Origin: a virus
Lineage: Duplodnaviria > Caudoviricetes
Virus record (IMG/VR): IMGVR_UViG_3300033519_000155
Location: 1 to 64,000 of that record
Direction: 5' to 3' (one strand)
Length of the DNA stretch: 64,000 nt
Under the pieces are notes generated by a model. It searched no databases, was not told where the DNA came from, and saw only the letters and a program-made list of their open reading frames with translations. Positions 9,622-19,644 of this stretch are shown piece after piece (the first letter of the stretch is position 1; each line of letters starts with the position of its first letter). The position numbers and the translations under genes were made by a program.

Positions 9622-10135
9622 CAGAACCCCTTTCTGTCGGAGGTAAATTTTCTACTTTCATAAAATCACACTGAACAACTGCTGAAATTACTCCCTGTGC
9701 AATTCTATCACCTGCATTAACAGAAAAAGCAGAACTTCCTAAGTTTGTTAAAATAACCTTTAATTCCCCTCTGTAATCACTATCAATAGTGCCCGGAGAA
9801 TTAAGAACTGTTAACTGATGATTTGCAGCAAGTCCACTTCTCGGTCTAATTTGCATTTCATAACCCTGTGGAATAGCAAAAAATAGTCCTGTGTCTATAA
9901 CTTTTGTTTCTCCGGGTAATAATGTAATAGACACTATAGACTTTATATCAAATCCTGCTGCTCCATCAGATTGATATTCAGGTATCTCTATTCCCGGAAC
10001 AAGAGTTTTTACTAAAATTTTAGGACTTTTAATGTCTATTTTTATTGTAGATAAATATTTTCTAACTTCTATTCTAACAGCATCCATTATGCTTTCCATT
10101 CCACAACATAATAATTCTCTAACTCCGTTTTCCAT
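9593..10135 (-). CDS. dut: Trimeric dUTPase
   Basis: AAGFDI, RPRSGLA, GTIDSDYRGE, RIAQ, RGSGGFGSTG. Confidence 0.97.
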   Translation of the reverse strand: MENGVRELLCCGMESIMDAVRIEVRKYLSTIKIDIKSPKILVKTLVPGIEIPEYQSDGAAGFDIKSIVSITLLPGETKVIDTGLFFAIPQGYEMQIRPRSGLAANHQLTVLNSPGTIDSDYRGELKVILTNLGSSAFSVNAGDRIAQGVISAVVQCDFMKVENLPPTERGSGGFGSTGIK

Positions 10136-10667
10136 TTTTTAACTCCTCCTTTAAATCAAGCATACAAATTTTAGTTTCACCCTTATAACCTCTTTGTAAA
10201 TAATAAATAGCACAAGGAAACCCAAAAGGAAATCCTGCTTTACTTGCAGGTAAGGCATGAATGGAAACAAAACCCCCATAAGAAAATATAGACCTTAAAG
10301 TTCCCATACTTTTAAACATTTTTGCCACCGGAACTAACAGAACAATATTATCTGCAAGATAAAAAGAATGGTCAAGAAACCTATTAAAATCTGAATATGG
10401 AGGATTAGTTACAATCCAGTCAACCTTTTTTGTATAGTCATAACAATTTCTCCCATCAACAATTTCACACCACTCAGTATCCTTTGGTAGATAATTTAAA
10501 AATACCCCCTCCCCTTTACAAGGTTCTAGCACCTTACCACCTATCGGAAATAGCTCACATATTTGTTTTGCTAACCAATCAGGAGTAAATACCACATCAT
10601 TAGGATTTATATGAGCATACCTACCTAAGATATAAGGATTATGTTTCTGACCTTTTATACTACCCAT
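10119..10667 (-). CDS. Compact N6-adenine DNA methyltransferase
   Basis: VFTP, LEPCKGEG, NPPY. Confidence 0.85.
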   Translation of the reverse strand: MGSIKGQKHNPYILGRYAHINPNDVVFTPDWLAKQICELFPIGGKVLEPCKGEGVFLNYLPKDTEWCEIVDGRNCYDYTKKVDWIVTNPPYSDFNRFLDHSFYLADNIVLLVPVAKMFKSMGTLRSIFSYGGFVSIHALPASKAGFPFGFPCAIYYLQRGYKGETKICMLDLKEELKNGKRS

Positions 10668-10860
10668 TCAAATTTGCCTCCACGTTTTCTATAACCTTTT
10701 TTAAATCTGAAAAATCTACATTTAATTTTTGTTCTACAAATTTTAAATTATCCTGATAACAACCATTTCGAGCATCAGGATAATTACATTCTTCTTTCAT
10801 TCCTCCATAATAAGGACACTTACTACACTTTTTATACCAATCACATTCTAAACAACCCAT
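10660..10860 (-). CDS. Small Cys-rich hypothetical protein
   Basis: ORF track; CxxC/CxxC. Confidence 0.6.
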   Translation of the reverse strand: MGCLECDWYKKCSKCPYYGGMKEECNYPDARNGCYQDNLKFVEQKLNVDFSDLKKVIENVEANLNG

Positions 10861-11447
10861 TATTTATTCCCCCAAGTTATAATTTTATAAATTCGGTCAA
10901 CTGTATTTTCCAAATTATTTTCATTATTTACTAATGTATAACCTCCTTCTTCTCCAAAAGTTTCATACAAAGCATTAACCTTTTCAAGTAATTCTATATT
11001 CTTTTCATTATTATCTCGGAAAGGTCTTGCTAAAAGTCTTTCCTTTACTATTTCCATACTACAAGTAAGTAAAATCCTATGGTCTGGAACTAAGAAATAT
11101 CTTCCAATAGTTTCACACCAGTCTTTATCAAACCCTTTTGCTACTCCATAAACTATATTACTTAGTCTATACCTATCAAGAAAAAGAAAATCATTCTGCT
11201 TTAACAAAAGAGTTAAATTGTCCTGACAAGATAATTTATCCGTTTCAAACAAAAGGTGAATGTAATAAGGGTTGTAACAACCTCCTTTTAGTAACATTGC
11301 TTTTAGCTTTTTTCCTTCTGTAGTTTCCGATGGGAATTTAAAACAGAAAGAGTCAAACCCTTCAGCTTTTAATTTTTCTTGTAACTTTTTTATAACCGTA
11401 GTTTTACCTGACCCATCTATACCTTCCAAGCAAATTAATTTTCCCAT
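10860..11447 (-). CDS. tmk: Thymidylate kinase
   Basis: LEGIDGSGKTT, FPS, DRY..S..VYG. Confidence 0.93.
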   Translation of the reverse strand: MGKLICLEGIDGSGKTTVIKKLQEKLKAEGFDSFCFKFPSETTEGKKLKAMLLKGGCYNPYYIHLLFETDKLSCQDNLTLLLKQNDFLFLDRYRLSNIVYGVAKGFDKDWCETIGRYFLVPDHRILLTCSMEIVKERLLARPFRDNNEKNIELLEKVNALYETFGEEGGYTLVNNENNLENTVDRIYKIITWGNK

Positions 11448-11958
11448 TAAGCACTTATTACCCCCTGCTCTATTAGAGCTTTATAGTTTTCATCAGTTAT
11501 GTAAATATGAACAGTGTTCCCACATTCGGCATTACAGTTGTAATAATAAAATTCATTCAACAAACGATTAGGATTTCTTTTTTCGGCACACACAGTTGTG
11601 TGAAATGCCATTGTTGAATAAGGTGATACTTTATTTGCTGTTATAATAATAGGTGTGTCCAATTCAAGTTTGTGCAATTTATTATATGTTTTTTTATCTA
11701 TACGTGTTAATCCTAAATACTGTGAAGGGTTCATCATTTTATTACCTCCTAAATAGCAACTACTAAAGAACTATCACGTTTGATTTCTTTAGTAATTACA
11801 TAAGCACTCTGAATTATTCCTACCATATAGTTCTCCATTACAATATCTGTAACTTCATCAGCGATTTCCTTTTTATTACTTACTGGTCTTTTCAATGGTA
11901 AACTTATTACTCCGGGTAAAGTTTCATACCAAGCTTTATTTTCGTTAGTGTTTCTCAT
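11447..11958 (-). CDS. Two small hypothetical proteins (11447-11737, 11749-11958)
   Basis: ORF track; GGAGG RBSs. Confidence 0.65.
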
Positions 11959-11987
11959 TTGAAAATTCCTCCTTCATATTTTCTTAC

Positions 11988-12016
11988 ATAATATCATATG
12001 TTTTTTGAATTGTCAA
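11988..12016 (-). promoter_or_regulatory. Sigma70/SigA-type promoter
   Basis: TTGACA-17-TATTAT with TG extension. Confidence 0.8.
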
Positions 12017-12453
12017 GAGTTATTTTCATATAAATATTTTTGCTCTGTTTCTAATAATTGGTATAATCTACTTTGAGGAATAGCTGACCAAGTATAATTA
12101 GTAAACTTTTGTCCTCCACAAAATTGAAACTCAAACACAGGTTCTTTCATAACATTCATAGACTCCTCTAATAATTTTTGTAAGTCTTTTAGTTTAACAA
12201 CAAATTGCTCTTTCTCTGTTATCTTACACTCAATCATCAAACTCTCAGTCTGAATATCCCCTTTAATGCTTTTATTTCCGCTTCCCGGAGTTAAACGAGC
12301 ATTAAAACCCTTTTGCAGGAGAAGATGCTTTGTTTTCTTCTCCTGCGTTTTACTCATATTTTTCTTCTTTGAGGAGTCTTTAAACAACCATTGAGGTTCA
12401 ACCACTAACTTTTTTCCTCCTTTTGTTAAAACATCCTCTCGGAATAGACACAA
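12013..12453 (-). CDS. PD-(D/E)xK nuclease, phage resolvase-like
   Basis: TPGSG..KGDI..IECK. Confidence 0.7.
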   Translation of the reverse strand: MCLFREDVLTKGGKKLVVEPQWLFKDSSKKKNMSKTQEKKTKHLLLQKGFNARLTPGSGNKSIKGDIQTESLMIECKITEKEQFVVKLKDLQKLLEESMNVMKEPVFEFQFCGGQKFTNYTWSAIPQSRLYQLLETEQKYLYENNS

Positions 12454-12697
12454 AACCTTTTAAAAAATATTCATCAAGGGTTAAATTATTGTTCTCATAC
12501 TTACTAAGAGATTGAGCAACTTCCCAATTCATCAGGTAATTACCACATTCTAAAAGTGCTAATGTTCCTAATGCTATACCTGTTAAATTACAAAGTTCCT
12601 GCTGTGATAAATTATTTACTTTTCTCAAATCTTTCAAATGCTTTGCTAAATCAGGATACTTAACGACTTTGTTTTTTTGTGGGGGATTTCGGAACAC
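12398..12697 (-). CDS. XRE-family HTH protein
   Basis: LKDLRKVNNLSQQEL..TGI..GTLALLECG. Confidence 0.85.
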   Translation of the reverse strand: MFRNPPQKNKVVKYPDLAKHLKDLRKVNNLSQQELCNLTGIALGTLALLECGNYLMNWEVAQSLSKYENNNLTLDEYFLKGFVSIPRGCFNKRRKKVSG

Positions 12698-13076
12698 TTA
12701 ATTTAGATACCTCCTGTGTAGTTAAATGTCCATTTGAAATTTTCTCAAATTCACGTTCATTAAGAAAATACTGGACACCAAAACCAAAATCTTTTAGCAA
12801 ATCCGTTTCAAGAAATTTAATAAGGTCTGCCATATAAGTTCCAGTAGGAGTTGAAATTACTAAATAAGTGAAATTCTTTGCTATTAATCTATGACAAACC
12901 TTACAATCAAGACCCCAAAATGCTGTGCCTGTTCTTCTTGCTTCTGACACAGAAAAACCCTCACTTCGATATAAGTGTTTTTTTGGATTTCTTTTAACAT
13001 AAAGTATATAATTATTAATTAAAAACCCTATGTATGGAAGAGACCCATTAATCCTTATTCTACTAAGAGGAAACAT
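12660..13076 (-). CDS. Hypothetical protein
   Basis: ORF track. Confidence 0.65.
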   Translation of the reverse strand: MFPLSRIRINGSLPYIGFLINNYILYVKRNPKKHLYRSEGFSVSEARRTGTAFWGLDCKVCHRLIAKNFTYLVISTPTGTYMADLIKFLETDLLKDFGFGVQYFLNEREFEKISNGHLTTQEVSKLSVPKSPTKKQSR

Positions 13077-14221
13077 TACATATCAAGTTCCTTTCGCAAA
13101 ATTGCTAGTTTAAGCTCTGAAACCTGTTCATCTGAAAGATTTCTAGAGGCATTTACTATTCCCTGCCCTAATTTATGAGTTTGATATGAATACCAAGCAC
13201 CTGTCTTTTCAATAAAACCATGTGCTACTCCATATTGGAAAATTTGTTCCTGTTCATTATGCGAACCCTTCTTATAATCTATTTCATCCATTGTATAAGA
13301 AGTATTAAAAAGTTTAAAACTTCCTCTTTTAAAAGGAGAGAAAGTTTTATTTTTTGTAATTTCAAAATTATGCACTGTGCCAATTATAGATTGTGTAGCA
13401 TCTATAAATTTATCTTGTTTTGGATTTATAGTGCCATCACTCCCTATCCTTTGGGCAGGTTTCATCTCTATTGTAATTGCAGAAAGATGATGTTGCCCTC
13501 TCCCTCCGGGAATTACTAAAGGTGAACCATAACTTATACCAAGTTTTTCCCTAAATTGATTTATCATAATTACATGAGGTTTTTGCATGTAATCTAAACC
13601 TAAGTTATTAAATGCTGCGGTAATTGCCCTGCACATTTTATTAAGTAATCGTGCATGAACCCCCATGAACTGGTCTTCTGAAGAAGCTTCAATTTCAACA
13701 GAAGGAACTAACGCAGCATTAGAGTCTATAACAAGTAAATCTATTTCTCCAGTTCTTAATAACAGTTCAATAGTATCTACTGCCATTTCCGCAAAATCAG
13801 GTTGAACCATATGAACATTATCATTATTAACACCAAGACTTTTAGACCACACAGGGTCATATGTTCCTTCAGCATCTACATAAGCAATTCTCATTGGTTC
13901 AGGGTCTTTACACTTACATAAAGTAAGAAGAGAAGAACAATTACGACAATGTTTTTGAAAAGAAGCAACTACTTTATTTGCAACAGTTGTTTTTCCAGAA
14001 GACTTTTCTCCGATTATTAAACTTGCTCTACCACGAGGAAATCCCCCTCCTATAGCAATATCTAATGAAAAAATCCCTGAAGAAATTCGTTGCAAAGATA
14101 AAGATTTTGCTTCTGTAACTTTCTTAATTGCATGTTGACCAAACTTTTTATTTACTGCACTAATTACTGCTTCAAGGGACATTCTATTCTTATCTTTTTT
14201 TTCGTCTTTTTCTTTACTCAT
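13076..14221 (-). CDS. recA: RecA recombinase
   Basis: ISSGIFSLDIAIGGGFPRGR, GEKSSGKTT, YVDAEG, VIDSNAAL, INQFREKLG. Confidence 0.96.
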   Translation of the reverse strand: MSKEKDEKKDKNRMSLEAVISAVNKKFGQHAIKKVTEAKSLSLQRISSGIFSLDIAIGGGFPRGRASLIIGEKSSGKTTVANKVVASFQKHCRNCSSLLTLCKCKDPEPMRIAYVDAEGTYDPVWSKSLGVNNDNVHMVQPDFAEMAVDTIELLLRTGEIDLLVIDSNAALVPSVEIEASSEDQFMGVHARLLNKMCRAITAAFNNLGLDYMQKPHVIMINQFREKLGISYGSPLVIPGGRGQHHLSAITIEMKPAQRIGSDGTINPKQDKFIDATQSIIGTVHNFEITKNKTFSPFKRGSFKLFNTSYTMDEIDYKKGSHNEQEQIFQYGVAHGFIEKTGAWYSYQTHKLGQGIVNASRNLSDEQVSELKLAILRKELDM

Positions 14222-14505
14222 AGATTTTTTTGTGCCTCTCCTTTTATTCTGCTCAATTCATTTTCTGCTGTTTTATAACAGAATTTTTGAGCTTGTTCCA
14301 CTTCTTCTAAATAACAAGGAATATCAACTCCTGTTTCTATTCGTAAAGACTCAAAATTACCGAGATTGAGAGTAAGACCTAAAGAACATCTTACTCGTGC
14401 AGGTTCAACTTCAAATTCTCTTACCACAAGCTTTTCATCTCTACTCTTTAAAAGAGTTCCATCTTTATACATCATTGTTACAGTCTTTTCACCGTTTCTT
14501 ATCAT
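14218..14505 (-). CDS. Phage hypothetical protein
   Basis: ORF track; LNLGNFESLRIE motif. Confidence 0.65.
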   Translation of the reverse strand: MIRNGEKTVTMMYKDGTLLKSRDEKLVVREFEVEPARVRCSLGLTLNLGNFESLRIETGVDIPCYLEEVEQAQKFCYKTAENELSRIKGEAQKNL

Positions 14506-14522
14506 TATGTATTCCTCCTTAA

Positions 14523-15128
14523 TTATGCGTTTAATGTGTATTGAATTTTTATTCCATCTGGATATTTCTCTAACACTTCATCAAGTGTTTTGAAAAATAC
14601 TTCTTTTCCATTTACTGTTTTATACATATCTCGAAGAAGTAAAACTTCTTTTACAATATCTTCCGAAATATAATAATGTCTGCCTATGTAAGGCATTAAT
14701 AATTTGCATCTTGTAATAATAAAATTATCAAAATTCTTTAATTTGGTTCTCCAATGAGCAACCGTTGTGCCAATAATAGAAAATAATCTACCGAATTCCT
14801 GTAATGTAACTGCTTTTATCATTACAGGCAAACCTTTCCTTATATCATAATCACATTGAGGAAAAACCATTATATTAATCCATACTAAATCTTCAAAATT
14901 TGCTCTCTGCTCTGCAAATTTATGTAATTTATCAAGACTCCTCTTTAATTTCTGTTTTTCTTGTGCTCTTTTTGCAGACTCGGCATTTGCTATACGAAAT
15001 TGCCGTCTTTTTGCCATAATAAGAGCTTTATTCTTCTCATAATACTCTTTGTTATAAGATAAGCGTTGTTCCTGTGCCCTTTGTTGGGCAAAGAACTCTT
15101 CTTCATCTGTTAATCTCCTTCTTCCCAT
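14523..15128 (-). CDS. Hypothetical basic protein
   Basis: ORF track; own promoter at 15172-15200. Confidence 0.7.
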   Translation of the reverse strand: MGRRRLTDEEEFFAQQRAQEQRLSYNKEYYEKNKALIMAKRRQFRIANAESAKRAQEKQKLKRSLDKLHKFAEQRANFEDLVWINIMVFPQCDYDIRKGLPVMIKAVTLQEFGRLFSIIGTTVAHWRTKLKNFDNFIITRCKLLMPYIGRHYYISEDIVKEVLLLRDMYKTVNGKEVFFKTLDEVLEKYPDGIKIQYTLNA

Positions 15129-15171
15129 AGATTAACTCCTTTCTTTCAGAATTCCTAATTTATATATTTAC

Positions 15172-15200
15172 ATTATATCATAAGTTTTATGATAAATCAA
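15172..15200 (-). promoter_or_regulatory. Sigma70/SigA-type promoter
   Basis: TTGATT-17-TATAAT with TG extension. Confidence 0.7.
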
Positions 15201-15895
15201 GTAGAAAAAATACAACCCATTTTTTTATAATTAACTTTCCTCTTCATTTCCATACTCTTACATAACTTTATAGAGGTGTCAACAAAATCTACAATAACAG
15301 GCAATTTCTTATCTTCTACTACTCGGAGTATTCTTCCAACAGATTGAATTATATCCCCTCTTGGAGTTGCTAATATAAGAGTATCTATGTCAGGAATATC
15401 CAAACCCTCTGCTGCCATTGAATAAGTTCCAAAAATTACCTGTTTTCTTGCAGAAACATCTAAAACTGTCTGGTCTAGACCCCCTGCATAAAAACCCATA
15501 ATATCTGTAGGGACATTTAACTTTTTTAACTCTATAACAAGTTTATCATAAAGCATAGCAAGATGTGTTCTTCTACCGCTTAAAATTAAAACTTTTCTTT
15601 TCTTTTCTACTGCTTTTAATATTACTTTTATAATCTTATTATTTCTTACCTCAGAATTTACTAAAAAAGTTTCATACTGCACAAATAAAGGTTTAAATCT
15701 ATTTAGTTTTCCTGTAAATTGTATTTTAGTATCAACTAAATTTACTGTTGCCTTATAACCTAACAATTCCCCTTTTACAGAAATTTTTCCTATATGCTGA
15801 AAAAATACTTCTTCTAACCCATCTTTCCTGTTCATAGTGGCAGTTACACCAAGTCTATAACGAGCAGGAAATCTCCAAATAACTGTTCTAAAACA
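15197..15895 (-). CDS. SF2 (UvsW/XPB-like) helicase, exon 2
   Basis: CFRTVIWRFPARYRLGVTAT (motif III), EGLDIP (motif V), IQSVGRILR (motif VI). Confidence 0.9.
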   Translation of the reverse strand, partial: CFRTVIWRFPARYRLGVTATMNRKDGLEEVFFQHIGKISVKGELLGYKATVNLVDTKIQFTGKLNRFKPLFVQYETFLVNSEVRNNKIIKVILKAVEKKRKVLILSGRRTHLAMLYDKLVIELKKLNVPTDIMGFYAGGLDQTVLDVSARKQVIFGTYSMAAEGLDIPDIDTLILATPRGDIIQSVGRILRVVEDKKLPVIVDFVDTSIKLCKSMEMKRKVNYKKMGCIFST

Positions 15896-16954
15896 CATTA
15901 CTACCGTCTCTTTCGAGATATTTACTACGGATTAGACTATCTCTTCACCTTCAGCTTTTACCTGTTCAGGTGGGGGGCACTTCGTAACAAGGAATTTCAC
16001 CTTGAAACTACTTCCCTTCGGAATAGTCGTTACACCTTCTAAAAATTTCTTTTTAGCTTGGCACGGTATTAGCATATCTATTAAAACTTAGCTTTTCACC
16101 GTTAGCAGTATTACTACCACACCCTGTAATTACAGGTTCACCCCCATTTAATTCGTTTATTTCTAAACGAAACTCCTGTTTATTCATGTCTTTTAATCCT
16201 ATTAGTCTAACAAATTTCCAACCTTTATGATGTTTTAATTTTCCAGCAAACACATCACTTACACCGGAACGTGTCAAACGAACTTCACTATTACTAAATT
16301 TAGCACAAAATTCTTTAATATTATAACAAATATACTCTTCCCCTAAAGGAGAAATAGCTTTAAATTTTATACGGTCTCTTAAATATTGACTATTCTCTTG
16401 TGATGTTAACCAACAACAAGTTTCTTTAGAATATACTTTTTGATTAATATAAATACCACGTTGCTTTTTATCTTTATCTAATTGCAAAATTCCTAAATTA
16501 AATAACTCTTCATTCCACCCATCTAGAAATTTTAAGTCTTTTAAAAAAGCAGTAAAACAAAACCACTCATCCACTACAGTTATTCCTAAACCTCCATACC
16601 TATAATAATCTTTAGCTCTAGTATTATAACATCTACGTAACATTCTTGCCCAAATACTATAAGCTCTTCGGTTTTCCGATATTTTACAATCCCCAAGATA
16701 ACCTATACCTGCAACACTTATTGCGTATCTATCTCTTACATCACCTTTTAAAATATCATCTTTTCGGGCATATTTTTCTGTTCCCGTGTTTAAAAATTTA
16801 ATTTTAAAATACTGTTTTTTTCCTTTATCAAACCAATTTACTTCAAATTTTCCGAAATGTTTACTAGAAAATATAGTTTGCATTTATACTCACCTCCTTT
16901 ATATAATAAACTTTTGTCCGAAATTTGCCAACATAAATCGAATTAATTTAAACA
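15896..16954 (-). mobile_element. Group I intron (1059 nt) in helicase gene
   Basis: 5' exon ends in U and intron ends in G. Core elements AACGGTGAAAAGC, GCTAATACCGTGCCAAGC, GAAGGTGTAACGACT, GAAGAGATAGTCTAATCC. P1 guide TAAACAGGA (16174-16182) gives a U-G pair at the 5' splice site. Splicing restores DEEHRFGAS-CFRTVIW. Confidence 0.93.
16053..16883 (-). CDS. Intron-encoded HNH (His-Me finger) homing endonuclease with C-terminal NUMOD-like domain
   Basis: W..ML.RCY..Y.RYGG.GI.V..EW, LDKD..YSKETCCW, HKGWKF; own GGAGG RBS. Confidence 0.88.
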   Translation of the reverse strand: MQTIFSSKHFGKFEVNWFDKGKKQYFKIKFLNTGTEKYARKDDILKGDVRDRYAISVAGIGYLGDCKISENRRAYSIWARMLRRCYNTRAKDYYRYGGLGITVVDEWFCFTAFLKDLKFLDGWNEELFNLGILQLDKDKKQRGIYINQKVYSKETCCWLTSQENSQYLRDRIKFKAISPLGEEYICYNIKEFCAKFSNSEVRLTRSGVSDVFAGKLKHHKGWKFVRLIGLKDMNKQEFRLEINELNGGEPVITGCGSNTANGEKLSFNRYANTVPS

Positions 16955-17614
16955 AGATGCACCAAATCTATGTTCTTCATCTAAAACAAGAAATCCAAAA
17001 CTTTCATAAAACTCTTTTGGTAAATCTTTTGCAAGTAAAGACTGAACTAAAACAATAGTAATAGTTTTATCCTTATCCCATTCAACAGTATCACCAGAAA
17101 CAATCCCAATATCTTTATCCGGGACAAGTAAAAATTTTTGGATATTCTCTAACCATTGGTTTACTAAAAAAGTTTTGTGCACAATTATTATTGTGGGAAC
17201 ATTTAATTTTGAAATCATATATAAACTACAAATAGTTTTTCCAAATCCACAACCTGCCTGTGCAGATGTGCCATAAGTAGTTAACAGTGTATCAAGAAGA
17301 GTAGAACAAAACTTTTCTTGATTAGGTCTTAGTTGAATTCTATTACCAATTCTACAAGGTTTACCTGTTACAGTGTTATCAGTAAATTCAAAAGATGGGT
17401 CTTTTATATAATTATTAATTAAAGCTCTCGGAAAAGCAGTATAAACATCTCCTTCCTCATAAAGAATATCAAATCTACTCATATTCCCAACAGGTAAACC
17501 ATAGGCAATATTACGTGAATAAGCTAGATTGGTAACACAGCATTTTAACTTTAGCTTTTCTACTAAAGGGTGATTATTTTTTAAATAGAACTTACTATTG
17601 AGAAGGCAGTCCAT
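16955..17614 (-). CDS. SF2 helicase, exon 1
   Basis: LRPNQ, AGCGFGKT (Walker A), LDEEH (motif II). Confidence 0.9.
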
Positions 17615-18954
17615 TCTTTTTCTCCTTTTTTTGGTTTCGTTAATTTATGAAAATACGGAACATTTATTTTACGAGATACAGAACAATCTTTATAAGAAAC
17701 AATAGTTTTTATTCCTACAGGTAAAGTTTTCTTATCACAATCTACATTAAAAGTAAACTCTATTAACTCTTTGCGTAACTGATTTTTTAATAAAGAAAGT
17801 TTTTCCCGAAATATTGTTCGTAAATCAGAAATTGTAGGGTCTTGTAAATTTCTGTATAATAATTGTAAATGATTATCCACAGAAATTAAAAAAACTTCAA
17901 AAATAAAATTTATAGGAACTATTGTATTATCTAATTTTAAATACTCAGGAGGACAAAATACATTCATTGTAACTCTTTTTAAGTCAGAAATATCTCTATA
18001 GATTTTTTTACGCATACTTAATCTCCTGTAAATCTTTTTATTTTTCTTCTTGTTTTCTCTGGTAACTGTTCATACCAGTCAATTTGCAAAACTTTTGTCT
18101 TTTTTAATTTACTATTTTTACGTGCCTGTCTTGAATTTTCTATGTTTTTTACTTTAATACCTCTTTCTGCCAATTCCCGATAAGATTTATCCGAGTTCAC
18201 ATAACCTATTTGGTGTCCATCAGATGTTATAGTAAAATCTCCAAGAGTCCCATCAACCATTTTAAATATCCTCCTTAATAAATTTTAATGTTACTTGTTT
18301 TCTATAAACAGTTACCCTATGTTCAGGTGTAGCAAAAAATGATAATGTAATTTGTGGTATTTTATAATGAAATTGAAATCTTCTTCTCATATGAATATTT
18401 AACTTCTTTATTTCATACCAGACCTTCCAATAATAATCTCTACAAGCATCTACTAATTCTTTTGAATATTTATAATCAAACTTTTGTAAAATTAAATTAA
18501 AATTATAGTGTAAATACTCAATAAGAACTTCAATTTTTACCCAATAATCTAAACAATAATATTTAGCATACTTCCCCCCTTTTAATATCCACTGAATACC
18601 TTTCCCGGTTAAATTATCTAAAGAATTACATTTTAATCTACAAACACGATTACCCACAAAATTAACTGCTGCTAGTTCTAAATAATAACTCGGAATATCT
18701 GCTGGAATTATTGATAATAAATCATCTAACTTATCTGACACACCTAAAATTAAACTGTTATTAAATATTATATCTGCATCTATATTTTCAAACTGTGTTA
18801 AGACATAATTAAAAGGTAATTTTCTTGCTTTTAAATACTTAAAATCTAAAAGATGTATAGGTGTATCACTATAAACATCACTCTTGAACTTCTGTATATT
18901 CAGGTTCGCTATGTTTTTCATAATAAACACAAGCTGATGTAAATTCTGACTCAA
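17581..18954 (-). CDS. Three hypothetical proteins (17581-18015, 18018-18260, 18262-18954)
   Basis: ORF track; operonic packing. Confidence 0.65.
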
Positions 18955-19291
18955 ATACTTCTACTGAGTGCAAATCCACATATACTTCAGCAAGAATAAA
19001 CTCCTTCTTAATTAATGCGTAAATTAATAAAGCAATATTTTCTGCTGTAGGATTTTTTATAATGTCATTTAAATTCTTATGGTCAAAAATATGAATAACC
19101 TTATCCCCTAAATTTTTCATATCTTTAAAATCTACAACCATACCTGTTTCATTTAATAAATTAGCAGGTAAACTCACTGTTATTATAACTTTATAATTAT
19201 GTCCATGTAACTGAGAACAATCCCCATCATAATCAGGTAAAGAATGAGCAGCAGAAAAATTAAATGTTCTTGAAACTCTTATTTTTTCCAT
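18878..19291 (-). CDS. queD: 6-carboxytetrahydropterin synthase QueD
   Basis: FSAAHSL..CSQLHGHNY, DHKNLND, PTAENIA, VFESE. Start placed at ATG 19291 after GGAGG (ORF track starts at 19327). Confidence 0.92.
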   Translation of the reverse strand: MEKIRVSRTFNFSAAHSLPDYDGDCSQLHGHNYKVIITVSLPANLLNETGMVVDFKDMKNLGDKVIHIFDHKNLNDIIKNPTAENIALLIYALIKKEFILAEVYVDLHSVEVFESEFTSACVYYEKHSEPEYTEVQE

Positions 19292-19644
19292 TACATAACC
19301 TCCTTCAAACTTTTGCTTTTTAACCAATCTCTATAAATTACTATATCTTCCATACAAGCTTCACATAAACATAGGTCATTACCTTTCACACAATAAACAT
19401 CTTTATCTATTCCGCAAAAAATACAATTCTTATTATTTTGAGTAGTTGCTTCCACAATATTTAATGCTTCTTTTAAAATAGCATTACGTTTTTTTCCAAA
19501 TTTATACGCTCGACAATCATCACAACCACAAGAACGTAAATGATTTTTTCCACGCCTAAAATAAATTATTAAATCTTTAATATCCTTATATATTAATCTC
19601 GTTAGAAACACGCTTTTTAACCCCCTGTATTCTCTCTTCCGCAA
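19291..19644 (-). CDS. Hypothetical protein with C-terminal CxxC..CxxC zinc finger
   Basis: CIFCG..LCEAC. Confidence 0.6.
   Translation of the reverse strand: MRKREYRGLKSVFLTRLIYKDIKDLIIYFRRGKNHLRSCGCDDCRAYKFGKKRNAILKEALNIVEATTQNNKNCIFCGIDKDVYCVKGNDLCLCEACMEDIVIYRDWLKSKSLKEVM

Noticed and set aside
15197-17614. Helicase as frameshifted pseudogene or two separate genes
   Set aside because: Group I intron signatures and exact in-frame rejoining explain the split.
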